From Mayamaea pseudoterrestris (Eukaryota): 64,000 nucleotides of DNA. This document shows, in pieces, positions 9,230 through 23,300 of the stretch. Numbering within the stretch: position 1 is the first letter of the stretch; every line of letters begins with the position of its first letter. The DNA lies in the NCBI GenBank assembly GCA_027923505.1, contig BROI01000010.1, forward strand, positions 372,001 through 436,000, read 5' to 3'. A program made the position numbers and the translations under genes. Under the pieces are notes generated by a model. It had not been told where the DNA came from and made no database searches. It saw nothing but the letters and a program-made list of their open reading frames with translations.

Positions 9230-12200
9230 ATGACGACGATTGATGTAACGACCTACAAGCGTGCCGTCGGTAAAGTCTTCGATATTCCGTGGCTCGCAGC
9301 GTCCGCAGCTTGGGACCCAAACGACCCTACCGCAGTATGCTTCGAATCCGAGGAACTCACGACTGCGGAGGCGATGGCCGAGTTGTCGGAACAAGACGTG
9401 ACGAACATTAAGAACCAGTACCATTGGTCGACGATACGAACAAGCCGATTGCGCAAGCTCATGAGTTGGATTCACGAGCAACGTCGGACGACTGCGCAAT
9501 GGCAAGACTTGGAGAAAGACCACATTACGAGCCGAGACCTCCCAGTAGCACCGGGGTCGCCGACCGCAGGAAACCGCAGTTTCGGAGACTTCAGCGTTAT
9601 CGGAGGCAACGACACCACGACGAAGCAACACGACATCAAGCTGGATCTGAAGACCATGCTGGAGCTCAAGAACGATTGCAAGTTCTGCTCCTACTGGCGG
9701 GCCTTCAAGAACCGCATGCGAAGCGAGCAACTCGGCTACTTTTGGGACGACGAGTTCAAGGCACCAGCTGCACTCAAGCCCGAATTCGCCGAGTATCAGT
9801 ATCAGTGTTCGAAGCTTTTAGCGGCGCTCGAGTATACCTGCAAGACACCGCAGAGCAAGCTCATTGTCCGCAAGCACATCGACAGCGCGAATGCCTCAGC
9901 GTGCATTGCAGAGTTGGAGGCGACATTCCTCGATGGGATGGCGCGCAAGTTGGATCTACGTTTGGCCGAAGACGAATGGCGCAATTTCACCCTCGACGCG
10001 GGTTATGCCAAGTCTCTCGTCAATTGGCTCATCCAGTGGTCCAGCAAGGAAGAAAACTACAATGACTACGCCGAGGAAACCAAGCTACTTACAGCAAGCA
10101 CGAAGCGTCAGATTTTGGAGCGCGCGGTTTTCCGTCATGCGGATATGGCAGCGGCGGTGAACATGGCGCTGATCGAAGAGTCCAAGACCGGCAACCCGAT
10201 GGCGTACACCCAGTTTTGGAACCTCCTGAACGACGTCGCACGTCAATCTGACAATCGTCGTGGCATCAAGGAGACCGAGAAGCGTCAGGCGAACCAATCT
10301 GAGCAGACTAAGAAAGAGAAGGAGAAGACAAAGAAGGCAAGCGCGAACAATTCCCAGTCTACGCCAAGTAGCAGCAACAATCAGCAATCCAATCAGGGGG
10401 GCGGTGGTCGCGGCGACTTGAGCACGGGACGAGGCGGCGGCGGCCGCGGTCGGGGAGATACTCGTTCGTATGTTCGCAGCTATGCCGACACGAAGACGAT
10501 CGAAATTCCCAGCGACGTGAATGCGACGATTCCACCAAACACGTGGCGACTCCTTACCCGCGATCAGCAACATGAAGTGTTTGAACGCCGTGGTACGAGT
10601 CGAGCGGCCAGTGCTGCAGGTGGTTCGACATCAGCAACACAGGCAGGCAACACGCAGACGACGAGTACAACACGCAACGCAAACGTCGCAGCCACTTCAT
10701 CAGCGGCAACGACGGCGAGTGCGGCGACCAAGCGTGTAAACAACACCAGCCGTGGCTCAGCGATGCGAAGTTTCTTAGGTCCAGACCAGCCCACAACTAC
10801 GACTCGGGGAGCAAATATTGCTCAGAGTTGCAAGTACAAAGTCGCGAGCATTGACCTGGATAAGCATTCAGCGTCGACTGTCAATCGCGGCGCGAGTGGC
10901 GGAGTATGGGGAGCGGACGGCCGCATCCTTACCGAGGACAAGTTCCACAAGATTGAAGTCACTGGAGTCGGTGGTCTCAAACTTCCGGACCTGTCTACCG
11001 TCACAGCAGTCGCCAAGCTTAAGAGCACCAAGGGTTGGGTCGTCGGCGAGTTCCATAATTACGCATATTCTGGAACCGGCAAGACGATTCATTCGAGTAT
11101 GCAGATGGAAGCCTTCGGACTTCATGTCAACGACAAGCATTACAACTTTGGTGGCAAGTTACGAATCGAAACGCCAGACGGATACAAGTTTATGCTCGAA
11201 ATGGAAAGTGGCATGGCGACCATGCCAATGTTTCCAGTGTCGGCGCATGAGCTTCACACCTTACCTCGGGTCATGATGACCTTCGATGGACCTTGGGATC
11301 GGAATGAGTTTGACGTCGAGCCGACCGAGGACGACAACTATGACTCTTCGGATGACGATGACAACGAGGACGACGTACCGGACTTGTTGTCGCGCGACGA
11401 AGACGACGAAGACAGTGACGACGAAGAGGGCTTCACGCAGCACGTTGCGTTCGTGCGAATCACACCCATCGTCAGAGCAACGTGACTTATACGAATCTCG
11501 GACACGACAATCAACCTGTTTACACCGAGAAGGAGCTGAATGTTTGTGCCGTCGTACAGAAGTACATGCGGATCTCGTCTATCAGCCCTACAAGTCTATC
11601 CTGCCAAAGAAACCTGATATCGACGCATTGCTGCCGAACTTTGCATGGTACCCGGCGCAGACGATCAAGGATACTTTGCGCCACAGCACACAGTTCAACA
11701 TGCACGAGCGCCGATACCCCCCACAAATGCATCGAAAGAGCCAATTCCTGAACGTCTACCATCTAGATGATTGCGTGGCCCATGACTTCATGTTCTTCAA
11801 TGAACCGGCCATGGATGATCATATCGATGGACATGCAGGGTGCACAGTCATGCAGCTATTCTATGGTTGCCGCAGTCAGATCATTGTCGTGTATCCCATG
11901 CGGATGAAAGGTGACGTACCGAAACGATTCCGTGATTTCATCCGCAAGTGTGGAGCTCCGTTGGAAGTCTTCTCGGATAATGCGAAAGAAGCGATGAGTG
12001 CCGAGTTTGACGAAGTAATGCGCGAGTTCATGATTCGCCGTCGTCACACATCGGAGCCGTACTACCAGAATCAAAATCCAGCCGAGCGCATCATCGGGCA
12101 CGTAAAGGAAAGCCATGAATGACTTATGGACCGAACGGGCACTCCGGCATGCTTCTGGCTACGCGCTTTACTCTTTCAGACCGAGATGTACCGTCATTTG

Positions 12201-12315
12201 TCGCATCCAGCCTTTGACGGCAAGTCTCCCATCGAGTTTATCACTGGGCAAGTCCCCGACGTGTCGGGGATTTGGCATTTTCGTTGGTTTGAAATTGTCA
12301 ACTACTTTGTCAAGG
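9230..12315 (+). pseudogene. gag-protease-integrase of copia A1, frameshifted and truncated
   Basis: ORF 9230..11485 covers gag and the protease region; it reads VNRGASGG, with catalytic D->N relative to A2. Integrase fragments (FSDNAKE, NQNPAER) follow in other frames, with a stop near 12120. Confidence 0.85.
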
Positions 12316-15300
12316 TTGTTGTCTCCAAGCATCCATGAAAGGTCCGTCGGCGGAACTCCCAACATCGCGTAGCGTGAAGCGGAGTCCATGATCTGCTCGT
12401 ACTCACTCTGCAGCTGCTACAAACTCAGCCGTACGTAAGCGTCGATGTCTGGCTTGAAGTTTAGAAAATATAATCGACGACTGTTCCATTCAACATGTAG
12501 CATGCCCTTTGCCCGTCCCGTCGTGTAATGGTGGTACGGGTTTGCATCTTCAAGCGTTGACATGCGCCCTTGCCGCATGTTCCACGCTCTTCATGAATCT
12601 TTACACACTGTAATCCCAATCCATCTTGTCAGCATGCGTATCGCTCGTCCATTGGAATCGAAACGTTGGATCGAATCGCTCCATCCGGGTATCGTCACCG
12701 TAAGTATCACTTAAATATGCTTCAACCGTTCCAAGTGCCCCGATCGTGGCGCAGCTCGGAATCTCCCATAGTCATGACAGCACAGTGAATGTCGAATCGA
12801 CATAAACTTACTGCCCATTGCAACGCACCAATGATCGATTGATCCCATTCCGTCGTGTCAAGTTCTTTTGTTCGTCGAGTTCCGGATGATCGCCGTCGCG
12901 TAGTGGACTTGTCTGCGGTCGCGGTTCCCTCGCCCGAACATTTCTTTGTAGTTCGCTAATAGTCTTTGTGACGTACTTCTTCGCTCCAAAGCAGAGTACG
13001 CCGTCGTCGATCCCGCCAAGCGTCTGCGCCCAAATGATATGCCAATGGACCGACGCCCTTCAACTTGTAGTTGTAGTTCTCAATTAAAGATCCGTTAGTT
13101 CGCCCCGGATTCTTCATTGCTATCGCTTCATCTCGTCGACATACACACAAAACGTATTCGTAGTGCGTGCCCTTATCAGCGCATCCACACGTCCGGTTCT
13201 GCGATACACGTGAAGCCAATGTCGCAGGCGTGTCTGCAAATATTCGTGCTGATGGCCTGGCGTGCGGGCCGTATAGTGCCTTCACGATATTGAGCGTGTG
13301 ACCTCGAAGCTCCCGAACTCCGGACCTGCCCACGATATAAACCTTCTCTTTCGTTTTCGCTTCCAAGTATGCGTTGCCGACGTCAGCTGCCCCACAGTTC
13401 CAGACCGTTGAGTTCCGCTAACATAGCTACCATTATTAGACTTCGCAATGACACAACGCCAGTAAACTGAATCGCCGGCTCTGTCATATGTCCTCCCTGC
13501 AGCAGTCGTGCTTTCCGTCGCAAATCGTGCTTGACATCGAATATCAATATTGCACGTTTATTCGTTTTCCCACGACGCCGGCATAACCTTACGACTCCTT
13601 GATCTGAGGCGTGTCGTAATCATTTTATCTGATTTAGTTCCGTTCGAATCGCATCCGTCCACAGCGTGTTGCCGTTGATCTCGTCGAAATACTTTCGCAT
13701 CCTTATAGTTGCGCGGCAATCTTACGCCAAATTGTAGCGTCGCCGTTTGCTTTCGATTTTCGTTTCGCTGCTGTCACCATCTGTGAAACTTCTTTAAACT
13801 TCCGAGTGTAATGTTCCAGCTGCTTCCATCCTGGTTTGCTCGAGTAAGCCATCTTGAAGTCTACTCTGCGATCGTTTCGGATCGTCCTTCTTCAGTAGGC
13901 TCCACGTCGTCGTTCCGTCGGTCCATTCGCGAGAACGTTACTGAACTTCCCTTGTATGTCGGATATTCGGTTCAAATTAAGCTCGTGTCCGATTACTCGT
14001 GAATACCCACTTCGCCGGATCTTTATTTTGTTGCTCTCGATTAAATCTGACAGTTCGTTGTAACTTATTAAGTCTTCGCTGTGGCTCTTCTCCCATTTGG
14101 ATTAAAGGAAACCTTTTCGTTTGAGTAGCTCGTTTGCGATACGATATATTCGCATACAGTCGCTCGCATTTTTCTGACCGTTTTCGTGTTCCTTACGAAC
14201 GTGCGTCCGATGAGTTCGCTTGGGAGAACAGAGGGCATTTATTCCCTGATTCTTGCTCAGCCCTTCTGAAGAACTTCGCTGGTACGTTGGCGTGGTTCTG
14301 CCATCAGAAATTGTTTCGTCGTCGTTTCCTTCGTAGGTTGTCGTGACTACTTTCTGTCACATTCGTGCTATGGTAGCGTCCTGTCGAGATGTGGAGTTTC
14401 AAATTTCGTTCGCTTGCCGCGTGTAGCTGCTGAAATCTCCCCTCTCCAGACTCCAGGAAGGAAGGCAACTCTCGTGGTAACAAGTACTGCGCGAACACGT
14501 TGGGGAATCGCCTCGTATCTGTCCTCAGAACGAGAAAATCATGTCGGACCACTATTCTCATGCCCTACGAATCGGCTGTTGCCAGATCGTACCGCCGAGG
14601 AAGACTCCCTGCGCCTCAAGCGTACGTTCCAATGTAACAAGGAAATATCCGGCAAATTTCGACGCCTTCTTTCCAGATTTTTCAGCGGGGCGTTCAGAGA
14701 TGATTACGAATTTAATCCAGCAAAACCCAGCAATGGCCTGGCGCTCGTTGGAGGTTCTCCGCATCTAATGCCCCGGCGTGATGGCGTTCGCACTTTTGTT
14801 CTGGATGACCGTTCTGTGGTCACTTGAGTGTACCGACAGAGATCCTCACACCTTGCATCTCACTTGAGAAGCATCCTTGGACGCCCACCGCTGATAAATC
14901 CTCCCTATGCGTTTGACATTTCTCTCCGACTTCATCGGGTAACCGCAGCGTGTAAAACTTTTGTCAACAACTGCATCTTAGTAAGCTCCCCATGCCCTAA
15001 ATTCCATCATCAAACTTGCGTGTCAGGTGTTGTGTCCGTGGCGAATAGTTCGCAAACCTGACTCCATGATTTCGTGGGTTGAAAGTCGTGGTGTGCTGAG
15101 ATGATACCATGCTTCCGTGTGACGTAAAGTCTGTTGAACTTCGCTCAGTCGGGACCCATCGTACGGACGAAGAGCATTATAATCGGTTCACTTGCTGCTT
15201 ACTTCCCCTGCGTGAAAACTGACGTGTCACCTTCCGATGATCAGTGTCAATTCATCCCTCTTTTTTCCTTCTAGATCCATCTGATCTTTTTGAATCGTGC

Positions 15301-17362
15301 TCGACGCCGTAAACTGGTCCACTTCGCGTCATGATGACTGTCTTCTCGTTCATCACCAGCCATCCACAGTCCTCCATTTTTGCGTTCCGCATTAATCTCG
15401 TCGAGCGATGTCCATCGCGCATTGATTCCGGGAGCAATGAATCGTTGGTCGTCTCGCTTTAAAAGCATACTGGTGACACAAAAAGCAGAATGGTTTCGCC
15501 ACTAAGGGTCTTTGCCAGTCACTGCGTGCCAATCTTGAGCTGGGACAATTATCGTCAATACCAGTCACATCCACTTTCGTTTCCGACCGAGCATATCTCC
15601 TCGCATAAGCCTCGTTCGCGCCTGTCGATTTTTCCATGTGGCCCTCCGGGATGCATGGTGAACTGATTACCTGTCGTGTTATCGTCTCAGATCCTGTCAC
15701 TTGCTGAGTTGTGTACTCCTTTTTGCAAACCGATTCATTTGGTCTAACCACTATGCCTGCTGAATTTGCTTCGTGATCGTTCCTATTCCTCGCGTCCTCT
15801 TGATAGCGCCGCGTTGACTTGGTCTGCGTCGTGCCTCCTCGTTGTTGCCCCCCTCCTTTCTTCTTGGCCTCCCCTTTCCTTCCTTTTATCGAACTTCATC
15901 TCAACCAACTTCATCCTTCACCTCTTTTTTCTCTTTCCGCCCGAAAGGCCACCCCTCCTTTCTTCATGCGCTTGTGTTTCGTTGTTTTTTGGTTTTTTAC
16001 TTGATCACACTCTTCTCTGCGCGAAGTTCTTCGTCGTGTTGCCCCATGTGTTTCTTGATGGCCTTCTCACAACCTCTTGATGACGGTTACATGTCGTTCG
16101 TTGTAAACCTGTCAGAGCTTCTCGTCCCATTTCGAGCAACCAGATGACTTTCTTGTAGAACATGGAGTTGTCTGGCCATACCGACTTCTCGGTGCGTTTC
16201 CCTGCTTGTTCGCGCGGTCTTCTTCCTTCTTGTACTTCTTCTTGAACTGCTGTACTGCGTGATGCAACGGAGTTCGACAGTGGTGAGAAGATCCTGTACA
16301 CAAACACATTCTTCTTTGCATCGCCTTCTGTTCCTTTGTCCCTTTTCCTTTGGGTCATTCGTCGTCAAAGACTTCGTGGAAGTCGTGCAATGTAGCGATG
16401 ACTTTCAACTTCGAATCCACTGTTTCCACGAGGAATCCTTCATTTCTTTACAATCCTTACAACGATAACTTTGTAATTCTGAATACACTGTCTTTCTCCC
16501 GAGTCACTTCGTGACCTTCTCCCCTTTGCACCTTCGCTCGTTTGACTTCCCTTTCTTGTGAGTTTGGTCGTCCTTCTTGGATTCCGTTTCGCTTTCGCCG
16601 CTGGAGGTTTCGCTCCGCTTCCGCTGCCACGCTTCGCAATGTTGCGTTGGACTCTTCTCGTCTGTAGGCGTCGCCAGCGTTTCGGTGGTCAGTTGCGACC
16701 ATGTCTTGATGTCGGCGACTCTTGCGCCAATCGCGTTGTGATCGTCTTTTTCTCTTCTTGTGTTCCTCGTTTCCCTGCGATGACATTTCCCACTTTTTTT
16801 GTTCCTTTTCCTCCATCTCGATCATTGCCATTTACTCGAGTGCTAACTCCTTGAACTGAGGATCCTGGAAACGCCTACGTTCTCTTCGTAAACATGCGCA
16901 AACGCCGCGTCTTTCTGCGCGCGTTTCCGCCATCGTTGTCGTCGTGACAATGTTCTTGCTATCACCTGCGGAACTTTCCGGACCAAGAACCAACGTCGCG
17001 TCCGCGTTCGTAAATCAATGTACTCTTCTCGATAAAGTCTCTCACAAGAGTCTCAAACAGTGTTAATCTTGTAACTTGTAAATCAAATCGTTGCACCTTT
17101 CGCTTGTACTGTCCTTGGATGGCCAATCCAAGCTTGCAGTTGCTACAATACGAGAGACAAATAAATCCTTTCTTAACTCTTCAAGCTTATAAGTCTGCTT
17201 GTTTCTACTCTATATCGCACTAGTTTCACAATATCTTTTTCGCTTCGCCGATCCTGCCACGCATCACGCGATCGTGAGCTGTGGTGAGCCCGTCCCTGTG
17301 TCACCCTATCGGACATTCGGTGTGACTTGCCCGATTTTCGCTGTTTTCGTTCGCATCCTGCA
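12316..17362 (-). mobile_element. Second Ty1/copia (CoDi-like) family B element, heavily frameshifted, 3'-truncated in RNase H
   Basis: Minus-strand remnants: protease KVDVTGIDD (~15560), RT IFDVKHDL (~13530), EAKTKEKVYIV/KALYG (~13270-13365), YKLKGVGP..YHLG (~13050) and RNase H SWMLGDN (~12330). Order is PR-(INT)-RT-RH. Confidence 0.85.
17070..17362 (-). repeat. Probable 5' LTR of copia B (~293 bp, TG...CA)
   Basis: On the minus strand it starts TGCAGGATG at the satellite junction and ends ...AAGTTACA, followed by A-GATTAACA, the same motif that follows family A LTRs. No second copy is present to confirm the ends. Confidence 0.6.
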
Positions 17363-20300
17363 ATGCGGGCTGAGACTGGTGACAAGTTGTCACCAAATAC
17401 ATTGCCATTCCCTAAGACACCAGCCAAGCCTACCAACTTGTAGCACAGCCTGAATAATGATGTTGGCACCAATCTGGTGTATTTTGGGCACCTACAGGGC
17501 TTGCTGTAGGGGTTTGATGTCCCGGCATCTGGGGGCTGAGACTGGTGACAAGTTGTCACCAAATACATTGCCATCCCCTGAGACACCAGCCAAGCCTACC
17601 ATCTTGTAGCGCAGCCTGAATAAGGATGTTGGCACCATTCTGGTGTATTTTAGGCACCTACAGGGCTTGCTGTAGGGGCGTTTGAATGTCACGGCATCTG
17701 CGGGCTGAGACTGGTGACAAGTTGTCACCAAATACATTGCCATCACCTCAGACACCAGCCAAGCCTACCATCTTGTAGCGCACCTGAATAAGGAGTTGGC
17801 ACCATTCTGGTGTATTTTGGGCACCTACAGGGCTTGCTGTAGGGGCGTTTGAATGTCACGGCATCTGCGGGCTGAGACTGGTGACAAGTTGTCACCAAAT
17901 ACATTGCCATCCCCTGAGACACCAGCCAAGCCTACCATCTTGTAGCGCAGCCTGAATAAGGATGTTGGCACCATTCTGGTGTAGTTTGGGCACCTACAGG
18001 GCTTGCTGTAGGGGCGTTTGAATGTCACGGCATCTGCGGGCTGAGACTGGTGACAAAATGTCACCAAATACATTGCCTTCCCCTGAGACACCAGCCAAGC
18101 CTACCATCTTGTAGCGCAGCCTAAATAAGGATGTAGACACCATTCTGGAGTATTTTGGGCACCTACAGGGCTTGCTGTAGGGGCGTTTGAATGTCACGGC
18201 AGCTGCGGGCTGAGACTGGTGACAAGTTGTCACCAAATACATTGCCATCCCCTGAGACACCAGCCAAGCCTACCATCTTGTAGCGCAGCCTGAATAAGGA
18301 TGTTGGCACCAATCTGGTGTAGTTTGGGCACCACAGGGGCTTGCTGTAGGGGCGTTTGAATCCACGGCATCTGCGGGCTGAGACTGTGACATTGTCACCA
18401 AATACATTGCCATCTGGACACCAGCCAAGTCTACCATCTTGTAGCGCAGCCTGAATAAGGATGTTGGCACCATTCTGGTGTATTTTGGGCACCTACAGGG
18501 CTTGCTGTGGGGGCGTTTGAATGTCACGGCATCTGCGGGCTGAGACTGGTGACAAGTTGTCACCAAATACATTGCCATCCCCTGAGACACTAGCCAAGCC
18601 TACCATCTTGTAGCGCAGCCTGAATAATGATGTTGATGCCATGGTGGTGTACGTGGGCTCCTACTGGGCTTGCTGTCTGGGCGTTTGAATGTCACGGCCT
18701 CTGCGGGCTGAGACTGGTGACAAGTTGTCACCAGAAACATTGCCATCCCCTGAGACACCAGCCAAGCCTACCATCTTGTAGCGCAGTCTGAATAATGATG
18801 TTGGCACCATTCTGGTGTATTTTGGGCACCTACAGGGCTTGCTGTAGGGGCGTTTGAATGTCACGGCATCTGCGGGCTGAGACTGGTGACAAGTTGTCAC
18901 CAAATACATTGCCATCCCCTGAGACACCAGCCAAGCCTACCATCTTGTAGCGCAGCCTGAATAAGGATGTTGGCACCATTCTGGTGTATTTTGGGCACCT
19001 ACAGGGCTTGCTGTAGGGGCGTTTGAATGTCACGGCATCTGCGGGCTGAGACTGGTGACAAGTTGTCACCAAATACATTGCCATCCCCTGAGACAGCAGC
19101 CAAGCCTACCATCTTGTAGCGCAGCCTGAATAAGGATGTTGGCACCATTCTGGTGTATTTTGGGCACCTACAGGGCTTGCTGTAGGGGCGTTTGGATGTC
19201 ACGGCATCTGCGGGCTGAGACTGGTGACAAGTTGTCACCAAATACATTGCCATCCCCTGAGACACCAGCCAAGCCTACCATCTTGTAGCGCAGCCTGAAT
19301 AATGATGTTGGCACCATTCTGGTGTATTTTGGGCACCTACAGGGCTTGCTGTAGGGGCGTTTGAATGTCACGGCATCTGCGGGCTGAGACTGGTGACAAG
19401 TTGTCACCAAATACATTGCCATCCCCTGAGACACCAGCCAAGCCTACCATCTTGTAGTGCAGCCTGAATAATGATGTTGGCACCATTCTGGTGTATTTTG
19501 GGCACCTACAGGGCTTGCTGTAGGGGCGTTTGAATGTCACGGCATCTGCGGGCTGAGACTGGTGACAAGTTGTCACCAAATACATTGCCATCCCCTGAGA
19601 CACCAGCCAAGCCTACCATCTTGTAGCGCAGCCTGAATAATGATGTTGGCACCATTCTGGTGTATTTTGGGCACCTACAGGGCTTGCTGTAGGGGCGTTT
19701 GAATGTCACGGCATCTGCGGGCTGAGACTGGTGACAAGTTGTCACCAAATACATTGCCATCCCCTGAGACACCAGCCAAGCCTACCATCTTGTAGCGCAG
19801 CCTGAATAAGGATGTTGGCACCATTCTGGTGTATTTTGGGCACCTACAGGGCTTGCTGTAGGGGTGTTTGAATGTCATGGCATCTGCGGGCTGAGACTGG
19901 TGACAAGTTGTCACCAAATACATTACCATCCCCTGAGACACCAGCCAAGCCTACCATCTTGTAGCGCAGCCTGAATAATGATGTTGGCACCATTCTGGTG
20001 TATTTTGGGCACCTACAGGGCTTGCTGTAGGGGCGTTTGAATGTCCAGCATCTGCGGGCTGAGACTGGTGACAAGTTGTCACCAAATACATTGCCATCCC
20101 CTGAGACACCAGCCAAGCCTACCATCTTGTAGCGCAGCCTGAATAAGGATGTTGGCACCATTCTGGTGTATTTTGGGCACCTACAGGGCTTGCTGTAGGG
20201 GCGTTTGAATGTCACGGCATCTGCGGGCTGAGACTGGTGACAAGTTGTCACCAAATACATTGCCATCCCCTGAGACACCAGCCAAGCCTACCATCTTGTA

Positions 20301-23300
20301 GCGCAGCCTGAATAATGATGTTGGCACCATTCTGGTGTATTTTGGGCACCTACAGGGCTTGCTGTAGGGGCGTTTGAATGTCCCGGCATCTGCGGGCTGA
20401 GACTGGTGACAAGTTGTCACCAAATACATTGCCATCCCCTGAGACACCAGCCAAGCCTACCATCTTGTAGCGCAGCCTGAATAATGATGTTGGCACCATT
20501 CTGGTGTATTTTGGGCACCTACAGGGCTTGCTGTAGGGGCGTTTGAATGTCACGGCATCTGCGGGCTGAGACTGGTGACAAGTTGTCACCAAATACATTG
20601 CCATCCCCTGAGACACCAGCCAAGCCTACCATCTTGTAGCGCAGCCTGAATAAGGATGTTGACACCATTCTGGTGTATTTTGGGCACCTACAGGGCTTGC
20701 TGTAGGGGCGTTTGAATGTCACAGCATCTGCGGGCTGAGACTGGTGACAAGTTGTCACCAAATACATTGCCATCCCCTGAGACACCAGCCAAGCCTACCA
20801 TCTTGTAGCGCAGCCTGAATAAGGATGTTGGCACCATTCTGGTGTATTTTGGGCACCTACAGGGCTTGCTGTAGGGGCGTTTGAATGTCACGGCATCTGC
20901 GGGCTGAGACTGGTGACAAGTTGTCACCAAATACATTGCCATCCCCTGAGACACCAGCCAAGCCTACCATCTTGTAGCGCAGCCTGAATAAGGATGTTGG
21001 CACCATTCTGGTGTATTTTGGGCACCTACAGGGCTTGCTGTAGGGGCGTTTGAATGTCACGGCATCTGCGGGCTGAGACTGGTGACAAGTTGTCACCAAA
21101 TACATTGCCATCCCCTGAGACACCAGCCAAGCCTACCATCTTGTAGCGCAGCCTGAATAATGTGGGCACCATTCTGGTGTATTTTGGGCACCTACAGGGC
21201 TTGCTGTAGGGGCGTTTGAATGTCACGGCATCTACGGGCTGAGACTGGTGACAAGTTGTCACCAAATACATTGCCATCCCCTGAGACACCAGCCAAGCCT
21301 ACCATCTTGTAGCGCAGCCTGAATAAGGATGTGGGCACCATTCTGGAGTATTTTGGGCACCTACAGGGCTTGCTGTAGGGGCGTTTAAATGCCACGTCAT
21401 CTGCGGGCTGAGACTGGTGACAAGTTGTCACCAAATACATTGCCATCCCCTGAGACACCAGCCAAGCCTACCATCTTGTAGCGCAGCCTGAATAAGGATG
21501 TTGGCACCATTCTGGTGTATTTTGGGCACCTACAGGGCTTGCTGTAGGGGCGTTTGAATGTCACGGCATCTGCGGGCTGAGACTGGTGACAAGTTGTCAC
21601 CAAATACATTGCCATCCCCTGAGACACATGCCAAGCCTACCATCTTGTCGCACAGCCTGAATAATGATGTGGGCACAATTCTGGTGTAGTTTGGGCACCT
21701 ACAGGGCTTGCTGTAGGGGTTTGAATGTCACGGCAGCTGCGGGCTGAGACTGGTGACAAGTTGTCACCAAATACATTGCCATCCCCTGAGACACCAGCCA
21801 AGCCTACCATCTTGTAGCGCAGCCTGAATAAGGATGTTGGCACCATTCTGGTGTATTTTGGGCACCTACAGGGCTTGCTGTAGGGGCGTTTGAATGTCAC
21901 GGCATCTGCGGGCTGAGACTGGTGACAAATTGTCATCAAATACATTGCCATCCCCCTGAGACACCACCACCTCCTTGTCCTAATAAGGAGTTGACACCTT
22001 CGGGTGTTTTTAGGCACCTACAGCTTGCTGTGAGGCATTTGAATCTCACCATCTGCGGGCTGAGACTGGTGACAAGTTGTCACCAAATACATTGCCATCC
22101 CCTGAGACAGCAGCCAAGTCTACCATCTTGTAGCTCAGCCTGAATAAGGATGTTGACACCATTTGGGTGTAGTTTGGGCACCTACAGGGCTTGCTGTAGG
22201 GGCATTTGAAAGTCGCGGCATCTGCGGGCTGAGACTGGTGACAAGTTGTCACCAAATACCCCCTGAGACACCAGTAAAGCCTACCATCTTGTAGCGCAGC
22301 CTGAATAAGGATGTTGGCACCATTCTGGTGTATTTTGGGCACCTACAGGGCTTGCTGTAGGGGCGTTTGAATGTCACGGCATCTGCGGGCTGAGACTGGT
22401 GACAAGGTGTCACCAAATACATTGCCATCCCCTGAGACACCAGCCAAGCCTACCATCTTGTAGCGCGGCTGAATAAGGATGTTGGCACCATTTAAGTATA
22501 TTTTGGGCACATACAGGACTTACTGTAGGGGCGTTTGAATGTCACGGCATCTGCGGGCTGAGACTGGTGACAAGGTGTCACCAAATACATTGCCATCCCC
22601 TGAGACACCAGCCAAGCCTACCATCTTGTAGCGCAGCCTGAATAATGATGTTGGCACCATTCTGGTGTATTTTGGGCACCTACAGGGCTTGCTGTAGGGG
22701 CGTTTGAATGTCACAGCATCTGCGGGCTGAGACTGGTGACAAGTTGTCACCAAATACATTGCCATTCCCTGAAACACCAGCCAAGCCTACCATCTTGTAG
22801 CGCAGCCTGAATAATGATGTTGGCACCATTCTGGTGTATTTTGGGCACCTACAGGGCTTGCTGTAGGGGCGTTTGAATGTCACGGCATCTGCGGGCTGAG
22901 ACTGGTGACAAGTTGTCACCAAATACATTGCCATAAATGAGACAGCTGCCAAGCCTGCCATCTTGTAGCGCAGTCTGAATAATGATGCTGGCACCATTCT
23001 GGTGTAATTTGGGCACCCACAGGGCTTGCTGTAGGGGCTTTATGCGCATCTGCGGGCTGAGACTGGATTTCACCAAATTTACCATTCCCTCAGACAGCCA
23101 ACCTACCTCTTGTACGCACTGAATAAATTTGGCACCATTTGGTGTATTTTGGGCACCACGGCTTGCTGTAGGGGCGTTTGAATATCACACATCTGCGCAG
23201 CTGAGACTGGAGACAATTGTCACCAAATACTACCTTCCCTGAGACACCAGCCAAGCCTACCCATCTTGTAGCGCAGCCTGAATAAGGATTGGGCACCATT

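Larger units (their letters stand above)
8739..12315 (+). mobile_element. Ty1/copia (CoDi-like) LTR retrotransposon, family A copy A1, 3'-truncated within integrase
   Basis: Near-identical to the reverse complement of ~42300-45868. It has a 5' LTR, gag-protease and the integrase core. Identity ends after tactttgtcaagg at 12315. Confidence 0.92.
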
